Source of the DNA: Dicyema japonicum
Lineage: Eukaryota; Animalia; Dicyemida
Length of the DNA stretch: 64,000 bases
Direction: 5' to 3'
Assembly (NCBI GenBank): GCA_011109175.1
Contig: RDEW01000077.1
Location: 13,957-77,956, forward strand
Shown: one piece after another, positions 61,627-64,000 of the stretch
Layout of the letters: each line of letters begins with the position of its first letter
How positions within the stretch are numbered: the first letter of the stretch is position 1
Position numbers and translations under genes: made by a program
The notes under the pieces: generated by a model
Databases searched by the model: none
What the model was told of the DNA's origin: nothing
The model's input: only the letters and a program-made list of their open reading frames with translations

Positions 61627-64000
61627 AGTTAATTACTTCTATACTTTATATATAGAGTGAAATCTATTTTTATTTATAATTAATGTATTTTTAATGTTAG
61701 CTTTAAAATCTAATATTCTTAAATAAAATTTAAATTAATTAATTATATCTTAGATAATTAAAAATGAATTTTTTTATAAAGTAAAAATATAAATATTTCA
61801 AATAAAACAACAGTTTATTGGAGTAAATATATCCAACAATAGATCTCTCCATAGCTTTCGACTCAATAAACAGACAGAAACTGATGAATGTGTTTGAGCA
61901 AATATTGGATGAATCGTAGGTTAGAATAATCAGACTACTACTTGCAAACACAAGACTATCTGTGAGGACAGAAGGAGCAACTTCCCGCAGTTTTAAAACA
62001 AAGATTGGGACACCACAGAGTGATTCCTCTCTTCCCTTTACTATTTACCATATATCTTGAATCTGCACTCCGCGACCTCCGTAAATGCTATATAGGAGAC
62101 ATCGAAATGACATCTTATGCGGATGATGTGGATTTTGTATCACGGGACGTGACCGCACTCCAACACCTGCTAGAAAATGCACCTGCGGAGCTTGAGAAAT
62201 GGTTTCTCAGCGTAAATGTTAACAAAGCTGAAATTACGGAAATCAAAAGAAAAGACGATATTACTCATGAAAGATAGAGACGTACTAATAAGCTCGGCTC
62301 TCTACTAGGAAACGGTGAAAATGTACTAAGGAGGAAAACACTGGCAAATGCGTCAATGGCTAAACTGAAGAAAGGATGGCTAAGGGCCAAAGGACTTGGA
62401 ATTGACATCAGATGCAGGCTTTACAACGCGTTTGTGAAAAATAAAGTATTAAGGAGAAAATTAGCGTTTATATATTTCAATTAATGAATAAAATTCCATT
62501 TTTATTTTTAGTATGCTATTTAATTTAAAATAATTAAAAAATAGTATTATAAAAAGGATAAATTATTTTTATCTGTATGTGGGGCATTTTTTATTGGGGC
62601 AGGGGTTAAACTGTATTTAAAACAGAAAGTTTATATTTTTAGTGACGAAAACAAATTAAATATGTGAAAATAAATTAAAAGATATATATACAAATAAGAT
62701 TTTTTTAAATATTATACAGTTTCATTTTTAAATAATGTATATAAGTTAAAAAATAATAATAATAAGTTACCCTTTCTTTTTGGGGCACCCCCGCTTTTTG
62801 AGGGACATAAATGCCCCAACCGGGGTCCGTCTGTATAAGTAAAAAGTATAAGTAAAAACAATTTTTTAACCCCACATGCTAAATCATATCTAGCTACTAT
62901 GGGAGGCTACTTCGCGACGATAAGTCGGTGGAGTGAAAAATTAGGCCTAAATACATTTTTTTTAATTTTAAGTAATTTTTTAATTTGTTCATGAATGTCT
63001 TACTAAACAGCTAATCTATATATTTCTAGATAACTCACTAACTTCCTAAGTGGACTTACGTGTATGCCTCAGAGGTCTGTAATTTATCTCACGTCTTTTC
63101 TCCAACGGAGTCCCATGAAAATCTTCGTTATCCCCTGCTCTGTTTAACCGTTTTTCTAGCCGTTCTTGGCCTCTTCAGTCTCAGACCCAAGTCATGCTTC
63201 TTGCAATCGAGTATCAGAAGAGCGTGAATATGATAGAATTTTAAATAGCAGTTAGTCATTTTGTCGAAAAGTCGAGTTGGTGACGTACCTCTTTCGCTGA
63301 TTATATTTAAGGATAAAAGCCTTTGTCATTGGGGATGATCGACCTGACGGAGTCGGAGACATTGGAAAACTAAAATTCTTCACAAAGACAGATGCGTTTA
63401 GGATCTAAATTCGAATCTCGTTCTGGCCAATATTGACAGAACTCAAAGGACAACTGTTGAAGCTGCACATATAGGATGATAGTTAATATGATTTTGTTTG
63501 ATACTAGTATAAACCCATCTAAATATAATAATAACATTAGAGACATCGGATACACAAACTAACTAATCATGTGATCACAGCATGCTTAAATAGGGACCTC
63601 ATTATCGCCCGATGCTCTTCCCTCGACCCCACACATGCACGTATCGGGTGAGTGACTGAATCTTCGCAGTCATGACGGCGCGTTCCATGATTCATTCATA
63701 GCATGGCTTCTAGAGACATTGGAGAAAGGACAATCACACAAGAAAAAAAAAGTGAAGATCATTTCTTGGTTTTACGATTAGTTAAAATTAATTGTTTTTT
63801 ACTTAAATAAAGTGTGTGTCCTGCCTATGCGGAGCTATAAATACTATGGTTCTCGTGAAAAGGCTTTATTATTATTAACAATTCAGAATATCTTATATTT
63901 TGTAGGAATTATTAGTTAACAAGCATGTCTTCTACTGAAATTCGGAACTCATTGGAAGCTCTTTGAACATGTATTGAGAATGTACCTGAAAGCCCCAGCT

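Larger units (their letters stand above)
47703..64000 (+). repeat. Segmental duplication, copy 2 (runs off the window)
   Basis: Direct tandem copy of 29045-47092, lacking 33053-34849. Confidence 0.95.

Overview
AT-rich eukaryotic DNA. The U6 snRNA has an animal-type 3' half, but the species cannot be assigned. The window is almost entirely a graveyard of decayed mobile elements, and I found no intact host protein-coding gene, rRNA, tRNA or CRISPR array. Most ORF-track entries are fragments of dead transposons or antisense shadows. Contents: (i) many non-LTR retrotransposon pieces from RTE-like, CRE (restriction-like endonuclease) and I-group (Ingi/Vingi-like) lineages, including a near-full-length ~2.7 kb element (19860-22552, minus) with a virus-like 2A/StopGo motif (LLLAGDVEQNPGP) in frame with its APE endonuclease; (ii) a short non-coding repeat family sharing that LINE's 5' motif and 3' stem-loop, whose core can be drawn in HDV-ribozyme-like order; (iii) DNA-transposon relics (Merlin with ~108 bp TIRs, Buster and other hAT, pogo/Tigger, and a TGT...ACA element with a 5-bp TSD carrying a TTAGGG-containing 22-bp minisatellite); (iv) an ~8 kb heavily eroded Polinton/Maverick-like region (major capsid, packaging ATPase, protein-primed PolB); (v) a tandem ~18.7 kb duplication (about 29045-47702, repeated from 47703 past the window end, roughly 90-95% identical by eye) carrying two TATA-containing U6 snRNA genes. 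All protein-family calls come from manual translation and motif recall, not database searches. Boundaries are approximate unless a TIR or TSD is quoted.
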